A DNA stretch of 64,000 bases, from contig DATKWK010000023.1 in the NCBI GenBank assembly GCA_035529595.1, positions 142,961 to 206,960 on the forward strand, given 5' to 3'. This DNA is from Candidatus Bathyarchaeia archaeon (GTDB taxonomy: Bacteria; Patescibacteriota; Microgenomatia; PFEM01; JAFGMK01). This document shows, piece by piece, positions 1 through 8,301 of the stretch. The position numbers were made by a program, and so were the translations under genes. The notes under the pieces were generated by a model. That model was not told where the DNA came from and ran no database searches. It saw only the letters and a program-made list of their open reading frames with translations. Numbering within the stretch: the first letter of the stretch is position 1; each line of letters begins with the position of its first letter.

Positions 1-1
1 T

Positions 2-145
2 CTCAAGTTGAGAAAACTGAATCAGTGGCAGGAAGCCGACCAGGTGAGGAAAGAAATTGAAGAAGAGGGGTTTGTGATCGAGGATACGACCGGCGGTTAT
101 TGGTTGAAACCAATCAAGACGAAAATTATCCATTTAAAAAAATGA
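2..145 (+). CDS. cysS: Partial CDS: C-terminal end of a class I aminoacyl-tRNA synthetase, CysRS-like
   Basis: Frame 2 from the window edge reads ...ADQVRKEIEEEGFVIEDTTGGYWLKP*. This matches the conserved CysRS C-terminal motif (ADxIRDxLxxxGIxLEDTxxG). The TGA stop overlaps the next ATG as ATGA at 142-145. Confidence 0.45.
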   Translation, partial: LKLRKLNQWQEADQVRKEIEEEGFVIEDTTGGYWLKPIKTKIIHLKK

Positions 146-852
146 CCCGATTGGAGAAAATATTTATTATCTTAGTTATTCTATTGATTTTGGTTTTTAT
201 AAATCTTCTGGTTCTGGATTACCGAATTTTTCTAAGTCAAGAAAAGAGAGATTTTTTTGTTTCGCCACCGACTGACATATCGCCAATAGGGGCTTTTATT
301 ACTCCGGCTCAATCTCAATACGATTTCGAGGATAACCAGAACTGTGATTTGGGATGCCAAGTCAGGATTTCAGAAGAAGTTGCCCAAGCAATCGCGACTA
401 TTTCCGGTCGAAATCAACCGGCCGAGTTGTCAGTGAGAGAAACGGCCAAAGAAATCCCGACCTCAGTAGCCGTCCCGACTTTGACCGCCAAAACCAATTA
501 TCTGCCTTTGGGAAGCGGTTCTTCCACTATAATTCAGGATTGGACGGATGTTGCCGGTTCCGATTTTGTTTTCAATCTGGCTGACTATGGCGATCAGGCT
601 TATGCTTTTTGGCAGATAAATATCAGAGCCCAGCATGCTAATAGTCGCTGTTATGCCCGTATTTATGATGTTACTAATAAAAGAGCGGTTGATTTTTCCG
701 AGCGCTCAACCGATCAAACCTCTTATTCGCTTCAGGAGAGCGCCCGGCTAATGATTTGGGCGGGGAAAAATACTTATCGCCTACAAAGCAAATCACTAAA
801 TGGAATTAGCTGTTATTTGGAAGCACCGCGATTAATAGTGGTTAGTCACTGA
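142..852 (+). CDS. Hypothetical membrane-anchored/secreted protein
   Basis: ORF starts MTRLEKIFIILVILLILVFINLLVL, with an N-terminal TM/signal anchor. The ATG at 142 overlaps the upstream stop (ATGA), so it is preferred over the track start at 100. Confidence 0.5.
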   Translation: MTRLEKIFIILVILLILVFINLLVLDYRIFLSQEKRDFFVSPPTDISPIGAFITPAQSQYDFEDNQNCDLGCQVRISEEVAQAIATISGRNQPAELSVRETAKEIPTSVAVPTLTAKTNYLPLGSGSSTIIQDWTDVAGSDFVFNLADYGDQAYAFWQINIRAQHANSRCYARIYDVTNKRAVDFSERSTDQTSYSLQESARLMIWAGKNTYRLQSKSLNGISCYLEAPRLIVVSH

Positions 853-894
853 TAGATTGACAAAATAATATTGTTGACATAGGATGAAGGTAAT

Positions 895-1398
895 ATGGAT
901 AAAATCAAACTTTTCGGGCTGCTGCTAGTCCTCTTAGCAATTCCGGCCGGTGTTTATTTAGTCAGAAGTTCCCGTTCTACCCGGGTGGAAACCCGGGCTG
1001 CCCGAATCGAGGAAGCTTTGATTTTTACCATGCCGGCCGAATTTTATTTAAAACTGGGAGAAACGGCGGATGTTGCGGTAAAAATTGACACCGGAAAAGA
1101 AACGGTGACCGGTGTTAAAATCGTTTTAGATTTTGACCCTGACTTACTGGTACTGGCTGGCGATATAAAGGCGGGGCCGGCTTTTGATGAGTTTGTCGCC
1201 GGAGAAGACTTTGGACAAATAGTTTTAAAGGGAAAGGGACAGTTAATCGGGCAGGGAACAATTGCCACTTTGTCCTTTAAGTCAATTGAAATAGGGGAGA
1301 CCGATCTTAAAGTTAATTCTTCTTCTCTTGTTTGGGATAAATCGGAAAAAAACAATCTTTTCCGTAAAGGGGTCGGCAGCCGTATTCTGATTGAGTGA
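895..1398 (+). CDS. Hypothetical secreted protein, cohesin/Ig-like beta-sandwich candidate
   Basis: N-terminal signal/TM (LFGLLLVLLAIPAGVYLV). The remainder resembles cohesin-like domains (VKIDTGKETVTGVKIVLDFDPDLLVL...TIATLSFKSIEIGETDLKV). Confidence 0.45.
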   Translation: MDKIKLFGLLLVLLAIPAGVYLVRSSRSTRVETRAARIEEALIFTMPAEFYLKLGETADVAVKIDTGKETVTGVKIVLDFDPDLLVLAGDIKAGPAFDEFVAGEDFGQIVLKGKGQLIGQGTIATLSFKSIEIGETDLKVNSSSLVWDKSEKNNLFRKGVGSRILIE

Positions 1399-1412
1399 AC
1401 CAGATTAAACTT

Positions 1413-2744
1413 TTACTCCTCTATTTCCGGTTCCGGCAGGGTCTCTTCAACTTCAAAGAATTCAGGGGCGGTTATTCTCCTGGCAATTTCTTTGTAGAGC
1501 TCAACTAACTCATTTTTATCATTAGTTTCATAATAGAAATCCGGTCCATTTGAGATTTGCTGTAGCGTTTTCCGGCCTAAGGCCATGGTTGAACAGATGC
1601 ATTTTCCACCAGTACAATTGTCAGAACAGGAGCTGTCGCAATCTGTCTGACAGAAACTGGTACATTTACTACAATTGCAATCGGAATCGCTAACATTATT
1701 AAAGAAAATTGAAAAAATCGTATAGTCTCTCGGGTTTTCTTCACTAGGTATTGATTCTAATTTTGCGATAGTAGCTTGGTTTATAGCATCGTTGGTATTA
1801 CAGGTCCCAACCGGAAGGTTAGCTAAAGATGGGGAGTGGAAAGGGTCAAATAGAGGCAAATACACATTATCAATTTCCAAATTCATACAAGGGTTTCCGC
1901 CAGTACTGGTACAACTGACAGTAGCCGGTTGGTTGGCGATGCCGTCAGATAGAATGATAATTATCTTCTTTGTTTCTTCATCGACCTTGGTATCAAGTTC
2001 ATTTCTTGCAAGAATAAGTGCGTTTGCGGTGTTAGTATCGCCTTCGGCTTCAAGAGGTGTAATCGCATTTTTGATGTCAGAATAGGTTAATGTCAGCGGG
2101 GTAGTCACAGTCGAATCTGTCGAAAAGGTTACGGCACCAACCCGGTCTCTGCTCGGATCCAAATATTCAAGAAATTTAATTGAAGAAAATTGAGCTCTTT
2201 CCAGCGGCAGATCGATTTCTCTGGTCGCCGCACAATCAGTATCAACTTCCGGATCATGATCAACATTAAGATCAGGCCAACAATGACTATGGACAGTCTG
2301 ATCATTGCCGCCGTCATTCATACTGCCTGAGCGGTCGATGATCAGCATGACGTCAAGTGGCGGTCTGATCTGGCTGCGCTTGAAATTGGCCACCAACTTT
2401 CTTTTAACTCCTTTGATGGTGGCGGTGATTTCAATCCGGACTCCTTCGGGGGTTAGGCTGATAATTCGCCTGATTCTGGTGTCAACTTCCGGACCGCCCA
2501 GGTTATAATCGGTTTCATCAAAAGCGCTTGGCCAGTCGGAATCATCCCGTAAATGCTGGATGGTCTCGTATAAAGCGCCCTCGGCCGCAAAAAACGCGGT
2601 TTGGCTGTATCGAACTTGGGAGGCCCTTCGGGCTGCCAATATAGAATTGAGTTGCAGAGCAAGGACGATTAACGCCAGAAGAGAGGCGATGACAAAGACT
2701 AACAGTAAGTTTGCGATGCCTGTTTGAGTTTTTGATTTTTCCAT
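1413..2744 (-). CDS. Type IV pilus minor component: PilX-N-like hydrophobic N-terminus plus von Willebrand factor A domain plus Cys-rich C-terminus (tip adhesin candidate)
   Basis: N-terminus QTGIANLLLVFVIASLLALIVLAL...QTAFFAAEGALYE matches the PilX_N pattern (AFxAAEAGL). DVMLIIDRSGSM is a vWA MIDAS DxSxS motif. It is the last gene of the operon carrying three prepilins. Confidence 0.7.
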   Translation of the reverse strand: MEKSKTQTGIANLLLVFVIASLLALIVLALQLNSILAARRASQVRYSQTAFFAAEGALYETIQHLRDDSDWPSAFDETDYNLGGPEVDTRIRRIISLTPEGVRIEITATIKGVKRKLVANFKRSQIRPPLDVMLIIDRSGSMNDGGNDQTVHSHCWPDLNVDHDPEVDTDCAATREIDLPLERAQFSSIKFLEYLDPSRDRVGAVTFSTDSTVTTPLTLTYSDIKNAITPLEAEGDTNTANALILARNELDTKVDEETKKIIIILSDGIANQPATVSCTSTGGNPCMNLEIDNVYLPLFDPFHSPSLANLPVGTCNTNDAINQATIAKLESIPSEENPRDYTIFSIFFNNVSDSDCNCSKCTSFCQTDCDSSCSDNCTGGKCICSTMALGRKTLQQISNGPDFYYETNDKNELVELYKEIARRITAPEFFEVEETLPEPEIEE

Positions 2745-2752
2745 TTTTTGCT

Positions 2753-3298
2753 TTAAATAGACTGAAATTTCATCTTTCGCAGGGAAATCGTTGTCTGGTG
2801 GGCCGATGATATTTTCGGTTCTGAACCCAGATATTCAAGTTCAAGACTGATGCTTAAACACTGGACCGGCGTCTCGTCGCTGGCATCAGGCGTCTCCGAG
2901 GCAAGATTTTGAATCTCAAATCCGACTACTTTAATATCCGGACCGGAAAGAGGAGCATTATCTTTAAAAAATTGGCCATTTTCAACTTCAAAGACACGAT
3001 AGACAGTTATTGGCTCGTCGTATTCGTCAATTTGTGTTTGCTCAAGCGTCAAACTATCGAGCAGACCGTTATCACCGATTACTGCCTGATCGCTCCAATG
3101 GATTTCCTGCGTCAGTTCGTTTAAGACATAGGTTGTTGTTTCCTGAAGGGCATTTAGTTTTCGGGAAGTTGACCGGGATTTAAAGAAACTATTCAAGGCC
3201 GAAAAAAGCAGGACAATAAATATTCCCATGACACCCATAAAGATGATTATCTCTATCAGGCTAAAACCTCGCGATTTTGTAACTGCTTTTTTTGGCAT
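2753..3298 (-). CDS. Prepilin-type minor pilin/pseudopilin
   Basis: N-terminal KSRGFSLIEIIIFMGVMGIFIVLL is a class III signal-peptide motif (G|FxxxE plus hydrophobic helix). Confidence 0.75.
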   Translation of the reverse strand: MPKKAVTKSRGFSLIEIIIFMGVMGIFIVLLFSALNSFFKSRSTSRKLNALQETTTYVLNELTQEIHWSDQAVIGDNGLLDSLTLEQTQIDEYDEPITVYRVFEVENGQFFKDNAPLSGPDIKVVGFEIQNLASETPDASDETPVQCLSISLELEYLGSEPKISSAHQTTISLRKMKFQSI

Positions 3299-3807
3299 CA
3301 GATATCAGTCAGTTTAAAATTAATAAGATAAGTAAAAATTTTGACATCTTGAGTTTTTCCTTGATCATTCCAGTTAACCGTAACTGTTATCTTGAGAGTA
3401 TTAGAATCAATAATAGCACCGTTTTTATCAATATCTAAAGTGTCGTTGTCTCGACGAGCTTTTTCAAAAGCAATCTGGCGAGAAAACTTACCGGCAATCG
3501 GCAGCTCGATACCGGTCATTAATGATAGAGGCTCAGTTAACGTGGGATGATAAACCTGGCCATTATCGGCATAGTCAGCCACAAAAGTATCCCAAGCTTG
3601 TGTATCTTCAAGATTAATAATTATATTATAAGCAATTTCGAGCGCTTCCCGGGCATATTGAGCGGCTTGGATCTGGTGCCGATATCTGACTTGGGCGAAA
3701 GTTAAATTAGCCAGCGAAGAGACGAAAGGCGAAATGATTAAAGCAAAAATCGCGGTGGCGATCAGAAGCTCAATTAGAGTTTGGCCTTTGGCAGCTTTCT
3801 GTTTCAT
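3298..3807 (-). CDS. Prepilin-type minor pilin/pseudopilin
   Basis: N-terminal KGQTLIELLIATAIFALIISPF prepilin-like cleavage/methylation motif. The start overlaps the downstream gene. Confidence 0.7.
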   Translation of the reverse strand: MKQKAAKGQTLIELLIATAIFALIISPFVSSLANLTFAQVRYRHQIQAAQYAREALEIAYNIIINLEDTQAWDTFVADYADNGQVYHPTLTEPLSLMTGIELPIAGKFSRQIAFEKARRDNDTLDIDKNGAIIDSNTLKITVTVNWNDQGKTQDVKIFTYLINFKLTDI

Positions 3808-3811
3808 ACTA

Positions 3812-4282
3812 TTATTTTTTACTAGGATTAGTTCCCGCGATTAAACCACCCTGAGTGACCGTTATTTCACATCTGAACCGGCGCGACTCCAGGGTTAAGT
3901 TCAAATTAATATTGGGGGTACCGGTTACTTTAGAAAAAATAATTTCGGACTCGCCTCCGGTTGAGACAATATCAATATCCGGATGCAAATGGTAAGTTTC
4001 GGTGTTTGTCTCGGGGTCGGTATTTAAAGCATAGGTGTCGGGAGGCAAGAAACTGATTTTGTAAGCATAACCTCCGTAGGCAGCCATCGCTTTTTGCTGG
4101 GCCAATTTTAAATTATTGATGACCTTCTCTTGTTCGGTTTGTAAAATTAATTTTTCTTTGGCTCCGAGTAGATAGGGTGTAGATAAGCCTAAGAAAATAC
4201 CCAGGATCACAACGACCAAAATGGCCTCAATAAAAGTAAAGCCCTTATTTTTTGAGATGAAGACGGGGGCAGTTCTATTCAT
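3812..4282 (-). CDS. Prepilin-type minor pilin/pseudopilin (FimT/GspH-like)
   Basis: N-terminal KNKGFTFIEAILVVVILGIFLGL prepilin motif. It is the first gene of the minus-strand minor-pilin operon. Confidence 0.75.
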   Translation of the reverse strand: MNRTAPVFISKNKGFTFIEAILVVVILGIFLGLSTPYLLGAKEKLILQTEQEKVINNLKLAQQKAMAAYGGYAYKISFLPPDTYALNTDPETNTETYHLHPDIDIVSTGGESEIIFSKVTGTPNINLNLTLESRRFRCEITVTQGGLIAGTNPSKK

Positions 4283-4369
4283 TCTTATTAAATACTAGCC
4301 TAACTTGTTTAAACCTTCAAGTCCTAAACAAATTAAGCTAAAATAAGGGTCGGATTCTTAAGCAGGATT

Positions 4370-4702
4370 ATGACTTACGAACAAACATGGCGAGCAGTTA
4401 AAAAGATTCCAGCTGGAAAGGTAACTACCTACGGAGAAATTGCCCGGTTTCTAAATATTAAAGATGAGCGTATTGTCGGTTGGGCGCTTCATGCCAATAA
4501 AGATGCTGCCATTCCTTGCCATCGGGTGGTTAAAGCCGACGGTTCGCTGGCGGAAAATTATGCCTTCGGCGGGTGGCGGGAACAGAAAAGAAAACTGCTT
4601 AAAGAAGGCGTTAAATTTATCAGTTCTACCAAAGCTGATCTTTCAGCTTCTTTTTTCTATTTTAATCCCGAAACGGAAATCCCAACGATTCGGGATAGAT
4701 AG
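4370..4702 (+). CDS. MGMT-family DNA-binding domain protein (Ogt C-terminal-domain-like, active-site PCHRV retained)
   Basis: TYGEIARFL...IPCHRVVKADGSL matches the O6-alkylguanine-DNA alkyltransferase HTH region and PCHRV active-site motif. At 110 aa it is only the C-terminal domain. Confidence 0.7.
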   Translation: MTYEQTWRAVKKIPAGKVTTYGEIARFLNIKDERIVGWALHANKDAAIPCHRVVKADGSLAENYAFGGWREQKRKLLKEGVKFISSTKADLSASFFYFNPETEIPTIRDR

Positions 4703-4804
4703 TTTCAAGTTCTTTTGGGAGAGAGCTCTACTTTTAAAAGAGCACAAATTTTCAAAAAAGGAAAAGCCGAGGGCTTTCAATCCTCGGCGCTTTACTTTTG
4801 ACCT

Positions 4805-5737
4805 ATGAGGGAAAGACAAGAAAGTTGCCAGTCTTATTATTGGGGGGAGTTATTTAGTGTTTTGGAAGCGCAACAGTCAGCGGGAGAACTTTATTTGCCA
4901 CAGGGAATAGAACAGGTTAGGCTTAAAGGGGATCAGGCAGTTGTTTTGGTTCTTTCAGGCGGCGGCGCTTTGGCGCCGATCCATATTGGCGTTTGGGGAG
5001 CTTTTTTGGAAAATGGCATTCCGGTTGATTTAGTTGTCGGTACCAGTGCCGGTTCGATCGGAGCGATGGTCGTCTCACGGGTGCATAATTTAAGTCAGTG
5101 GCTGATGGCCAAAGACTGGGGAGAAACAATCGGTTGGAAAGACATAAGCCGATCGGCCATACTTCCGCAAGGCGGTTTATTTAGTTTTGAGCCTCTTAAA
5201 GACTATATTAACGATCGTCTGAAATGGGTTAAAAATAATGATCCTGATTACTCGCCCTTGCCAACAGTTTTAGTTGCCACCGAAACTACCCCCGGAAGGA
5301 AAGGAAATTTGTTTTTGGTTTGGCAACCTCCGCCGGACGGAACTTTAGGCCGGGTTATTTGGGCTTCCTGTGCGGTTCCTCTTGCAATTGAACCTTGCTG
5401 GATTGACGGCCGCCGTCTTTGCGACGGAGGCGCCGTTTTTGGCGGTAATGAACCGGTCGGTGTTGCCCGATTTCTTGCTCCCGATGCCTTGGTGATCAGT
5501 GTCAGGCTTTATGACTTTTGGCCGCTAAATTCCCCGGTTGAACCTGATTTCAGAATCGAGCCTTGTCGCGACGTGAGGAATCATCTTTATGATCAGGCTT
5601 TTTTTGATCCCGCAGATGTTCAAAGAGGCTATTTAGCCGGATTAGAAAATATTGAGGCGATCGAAGCTCTTATGGCTGCAAGAGGAATTTCTCCGGTTGT
5701 TTATCAGGGTTTTACAGAGACCGGCGGACTTGACTAA
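4805..5737 (+). CDS. Patatin-like phospholipase
   Basis: Oxyanion hole GGGALAPIHIG, nucleophile elbow GTSAGS (GxSxG) and a later DGG (CDGGAVFGG). Confidence 0.8.
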   Translation: MRERQESCQSYYWGELFSVLEAQQSAGELYLPQGIEQVRLKGDQAVVLVLSGGGALAPIHIGVWGAFLENGIPVDLVVGTSAGSIGAMVVSRVHNLSQWLMAKDWGETIGWKDISRSAILPQGGLFSFEPLKDYINDRLKWVKNNDPDYSPLPTVLVATETTPGRKGNLFLVWQPPPDGTLGRVIWASCAVPLAIEPCWIDGRRLCDGGAVFGGNEPVGVARFLAPDALVISVRLYDFWPLNSPVEPDFRIEPCRDVRNHLYDQAFFDPADVQRGYLAGLENIEAIEALMAARGISPVVYQGFTETGGLD

Positions 5738-5826
5738 TTACTTCAATTAACCAGATAATTTTTTTTAAATCTGTTTTTTAAACCAGACAGCGATCCAAAA
5801 ATTAATCTTATAGTATAATTAGAAGG

Positions 5827-6458
5827 ATGAAGGAAAAAACAGCTTCTTGGGAAGAACTGAAGCCTCTCTTTAGGCGAAGTTTAAAAGACGTTATATTCAG
5901 CGACTACTTAGAAACTTTAAGTTATATCAGGGAGTTGTATATTCCGGGGTATTCTTCTCTTGAGCTTAAAGATTTTTCCGAGGCTTTGGTATGGGCGACA
6001 GAAAACCTAGGAGCTTTTCAGGCAGCAGGTTTTATCGGTCCGGGGTTAACTATTTTACCAAAGATGGTCCAAATTCACGAATCTTGTATAAGTTTTTTAT
6101 CAATATATCAAGAAGAATTGTCAGGATGCCGACCAACCAAGTCAATTTACCGGTCGCTTTTATGCCAACCTCTCAAGAATGGCAAGTGGACATTTTGGCG
6201 CAAACTAAGTCGATTTTTGACAATATCCAAGAATTACACCAAAAATCCAAAAAATTAGTCGCTTCAGATTTTGAATTGGTAGACCTGGATCGCCGTTCAA
6301 CCACCAGGACTTTAGCTATAATCCAGACCGCGTTTTCTTCTGGCTGGGGCCGGTTTAGAGCGGAGGCAAGCGACCTCTTAACGGGACAATTATTTTTACA
6401 CTATATAAGTGCCTTGAAGTATCGATCAAGAATCTTATTCAAAAAACCCTTAGAATGA
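5827..6458 (+). pseudogene. Hypothetical protein split by a 1-nt frameshift in a T6 homopolymer (6093-6098); genuine pseudogene or homopolymer sequencing error
   Basis: Track ORFs 5827..6258 and 5991..6458 overlap. The N-part of the first and the C-part of the second look protein-like, and their opposite parts look like junk. Inserting one T in the run at 6093-6098 fuses them (...HESCISFFINISRRIVRM...). Confidence 0.4.
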
Positions 6459-6641
6459 TATAAGTTGATGCTTTAGGACGTCACTCTTAGGGTGTAAAAG
6501 TACACCTTCTTATCCGGGTTTTGCTGATCCGGTCAATTATTTTTATCATCTGCTTGGCATCTTTATCAAGAATTCTTCAGTTTTTTCTCTAATACGGTTC
6601 TGATAAGGTATAATACCCGTTTAAGCAGATTTTAAATAAGC

Positions 6642-6779
6642 TACGAGTTTCGTACTTTAATTTAAACCAGCCTATTTGTCATCCTGGAGGGTCGATACTT
6701 CGACCCGATAGGATCTCAAAACAAAAAAAGAGATTCTATCGCTGACGCTCCAGAATGACAGACAACTGCGAAACTCGTG
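6642..6779. mobile_element. 138-bp MITE-like structured element in the ABC-F 5' leader
   Basis: Terminal inverted repeats CTACGAGTTTCG (6642-6653) and CGAAACTCGTG (6769-6779), flanked by TAAG on both sides (6638-6641, 6780-6783). Nested internal stems: 6677-6689 with 6748-6760; hairpin GGGTCGA-tact-TCGACCC at 6689-6706; 6706-6717 with 6730-6741. The paralogous leader at 22297-22322 has the same flanks with a single TAAG and no element. Confidence 0.5.
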
Positions 6780-6792
6780 TAAGCGCACAATT

Positions 6793-8274
6793 ATGATTAT
6801 CGTCAAAGACTTATTTTTTTCTTTCGGCGAGAAACCTCTTTTTTGCGGGGTAGATTTTATTGTGGGAAAAGGACAAAAAGTAGGTTTGGTCGGCCCGAAT
6901 GGTTCAGGAAAAACGACGCTTTTTAGGCTTCTTAGCAGAAAAGAGATGCCGGATGGAGGAACTGTTGAGACTGTTGGTGAGGTCGTTTTAGTCCCGCAGG
7001 AAATTAAATACGATCAGGAAATGGAAGAAAGCCGTTCAATAAGAAAATACCTGGACAAAAACGACGAACATAAAGATTTTGAGCTTTTAAGACTACTCCA
7101 TTCTCTTGATCTTGATGATTTGGATCTAAAATCTTCAGCTTGGCGTTTAAGCGGTGGACAAAAGACAAAAATGGCTTTGGCTAAAGCTTTACTTGACGAG
7201 CCCGATATTCTACTACTTGACGAACCAACCAATTTTATGGATTTCAAGGGAAAAAGGTGGGTGATGAATTTTTTAAGTAAATATCCCAAAACGTTAGTTT
7301 TGGTTTCTCATGATCTCAAGTTGCTGGACGAAGCGATTGACCGGGTTTTATATATCAATCCTCAAACTCATAAGATCGAGGAGTATAAAGGAAATTACTC
7401 AAAGTTTATCAATCTTAAAGAAGAAAAAGAGGCATTGTTAAAAAGGCAGATAACGGCTGAGCAAAAACACATAAAAAGGTTGGAGGAGAGTTTAAAGATA
7501 CTTTATCGATATACTTCCAAAAAAGGAGTAAGGGCCAGAGTTATGCTGCAAAGAAGAATTGCCAGATTAAAGGAATCACTGCCTGACTTACCGCTAGAAG
7601 TCAGACGAATTAAAGTAAAATTGCCAACTCCTTTACCAACCGGAGAGCTGCCGATCCGTGCGGCCAGTATCAGTAAATCATTTGGTAAGAATGAGGTTTT
7701 TAAAAATATTAACTTTTCGGTCATGAAAGGAGAAAGGGTGGCTTTAATCGGGCCAAACGGTGTTGGCAAAAGCACTTTGATAAAAATTCTTGTCGGTGTT
7801 TTAAAGTCGGATAGGGGAAAAGTTACCAAAAACGATAACTTAAAAATCGGCTACTATTCGCAGGAGTTTGAAACTCTCGATCCGGAAAAGACACTGCTTC
7901 AGACAATTAGAAACGGATGCCATCAGGCAGAAGCATTTGCCCGGCCTTTTTTAGGACGGTTTAACTTCTTAAAAACTAAAGTATTTCAAAAAGTGAAATA
8001 TCTATCGGGTGGGGAAAAAACCCGTTTAGCAATTGCTCTGCTGGCCGGACAGGATTTTAACCTGCTTGTTCTGGACGAACCGACAACTTACCTAGATCCG
8101 CTCTCCCAAAGAATTATTTTAAATACTTTAAAAGAATACCGGGGAACGATGATTATCGTTAGCCATACCCGGGAATTTATTTCCGAGCTAAAACCAAACC
8201 GGGCTTTCTTGATGCCGGAAAATAAAATGGTTTTCTGGTCGGATGAGCTATTAGAGAAAGTAGCTGAAGTATAA
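6793..8274 (+). CDS. ABC-F family ATPase (two ABC domains, no TMD; EttA/ARE-like translation factor)
   Basis: Walker A GPNGSGKTT and GPNGVGKST. Two signature motifs LSGGQKTK and LSGGEKTR. Walker B LLLDEPTN and LVLDEPTT. Tandem nucleotide-binding domains with a linker. Confidence 0.85.
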   Translation: MIIVKDLFFSFGEKPLFCGVDFIVGKGQKVGLVGPNGSGKTTLFRLLSRKEMPDGGTVETVGEVVLVPQEIKYDQEMEESRSIRKYLDKNDEHKDFELLRLLHSLDLDDLDLKSSAWRLSGGQKTKMALAKALLDEPDILLLDEPTNFMDFKGKRWVMNFLSKYPKTLVLVSHDLKLLDEAIDRVLYINPQTHKIEEYKGNYSKFINLKEEKEALLKRQITAEQKHIKRLEESLKILYRYTSKKGVRARVMLQRRIARLKESLPDLPLEVRRIKVKLPTPLPTGELPIRAASISKSFGKNEVFKNINFSVMKGERVALIGPNGVGKSTLIKILVGVLKSDRGKVTKNDNLKIGYYSQEFETLDPEKTLLQTIRNGCHQAEAFARPFLGRFNFLKTKVFQKVKYLSGGEKTRLAIALLAGQDFNLLVLDEPTTYLDPLSQRIILNTLKEYRGTMIIVSHTREFISELKPNRAFLMPENKMVFWSDELLEKVAEV

Positions 8275-8301
8275 AACAAAACTGGCAAGCAGGAACTGTA
8301 A

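Noticed and set aside
100-141. Track start at 100 for the first full ORF (MVETNQDENYPFKK...)
   Set aside because: These codons lie within the preceding CysRS-like reading frame's 3' end. The ATG at 142 overlaps that gene's TGA (ATGA) and begins a clean TM segment, so 142 is the better start.
354-584. Short alternative-frame ORFs nested inside longer genes: 354..584, 1044..1355, 1792..2085, 7014..7289, 7503..7829, 15121..15429, 17323..17526, 18386..18850, 25326..25692, 41196..41462, 58446..58808, 60776..61216, 63352..63910
   Set aside because: Each is embedded in or antisense to a longer ORF with clear homology and motifs. They are low-complexity and have no RBS, so they were treated as spurious.
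6641-6790. Riboswitch / dedicated attenuator interpretation of the structured ABC-F leader
   Set aside because: The paralogous leader at 22297-22322 lacks the whole block while sharing both flanks, and the block has terminal inverted repeats plus TAAG flanks. A mobile insertion explains this more economically. A secondary regulatory effect (uORF with ATGA overlap) is kept only as a possibility inside the finding.
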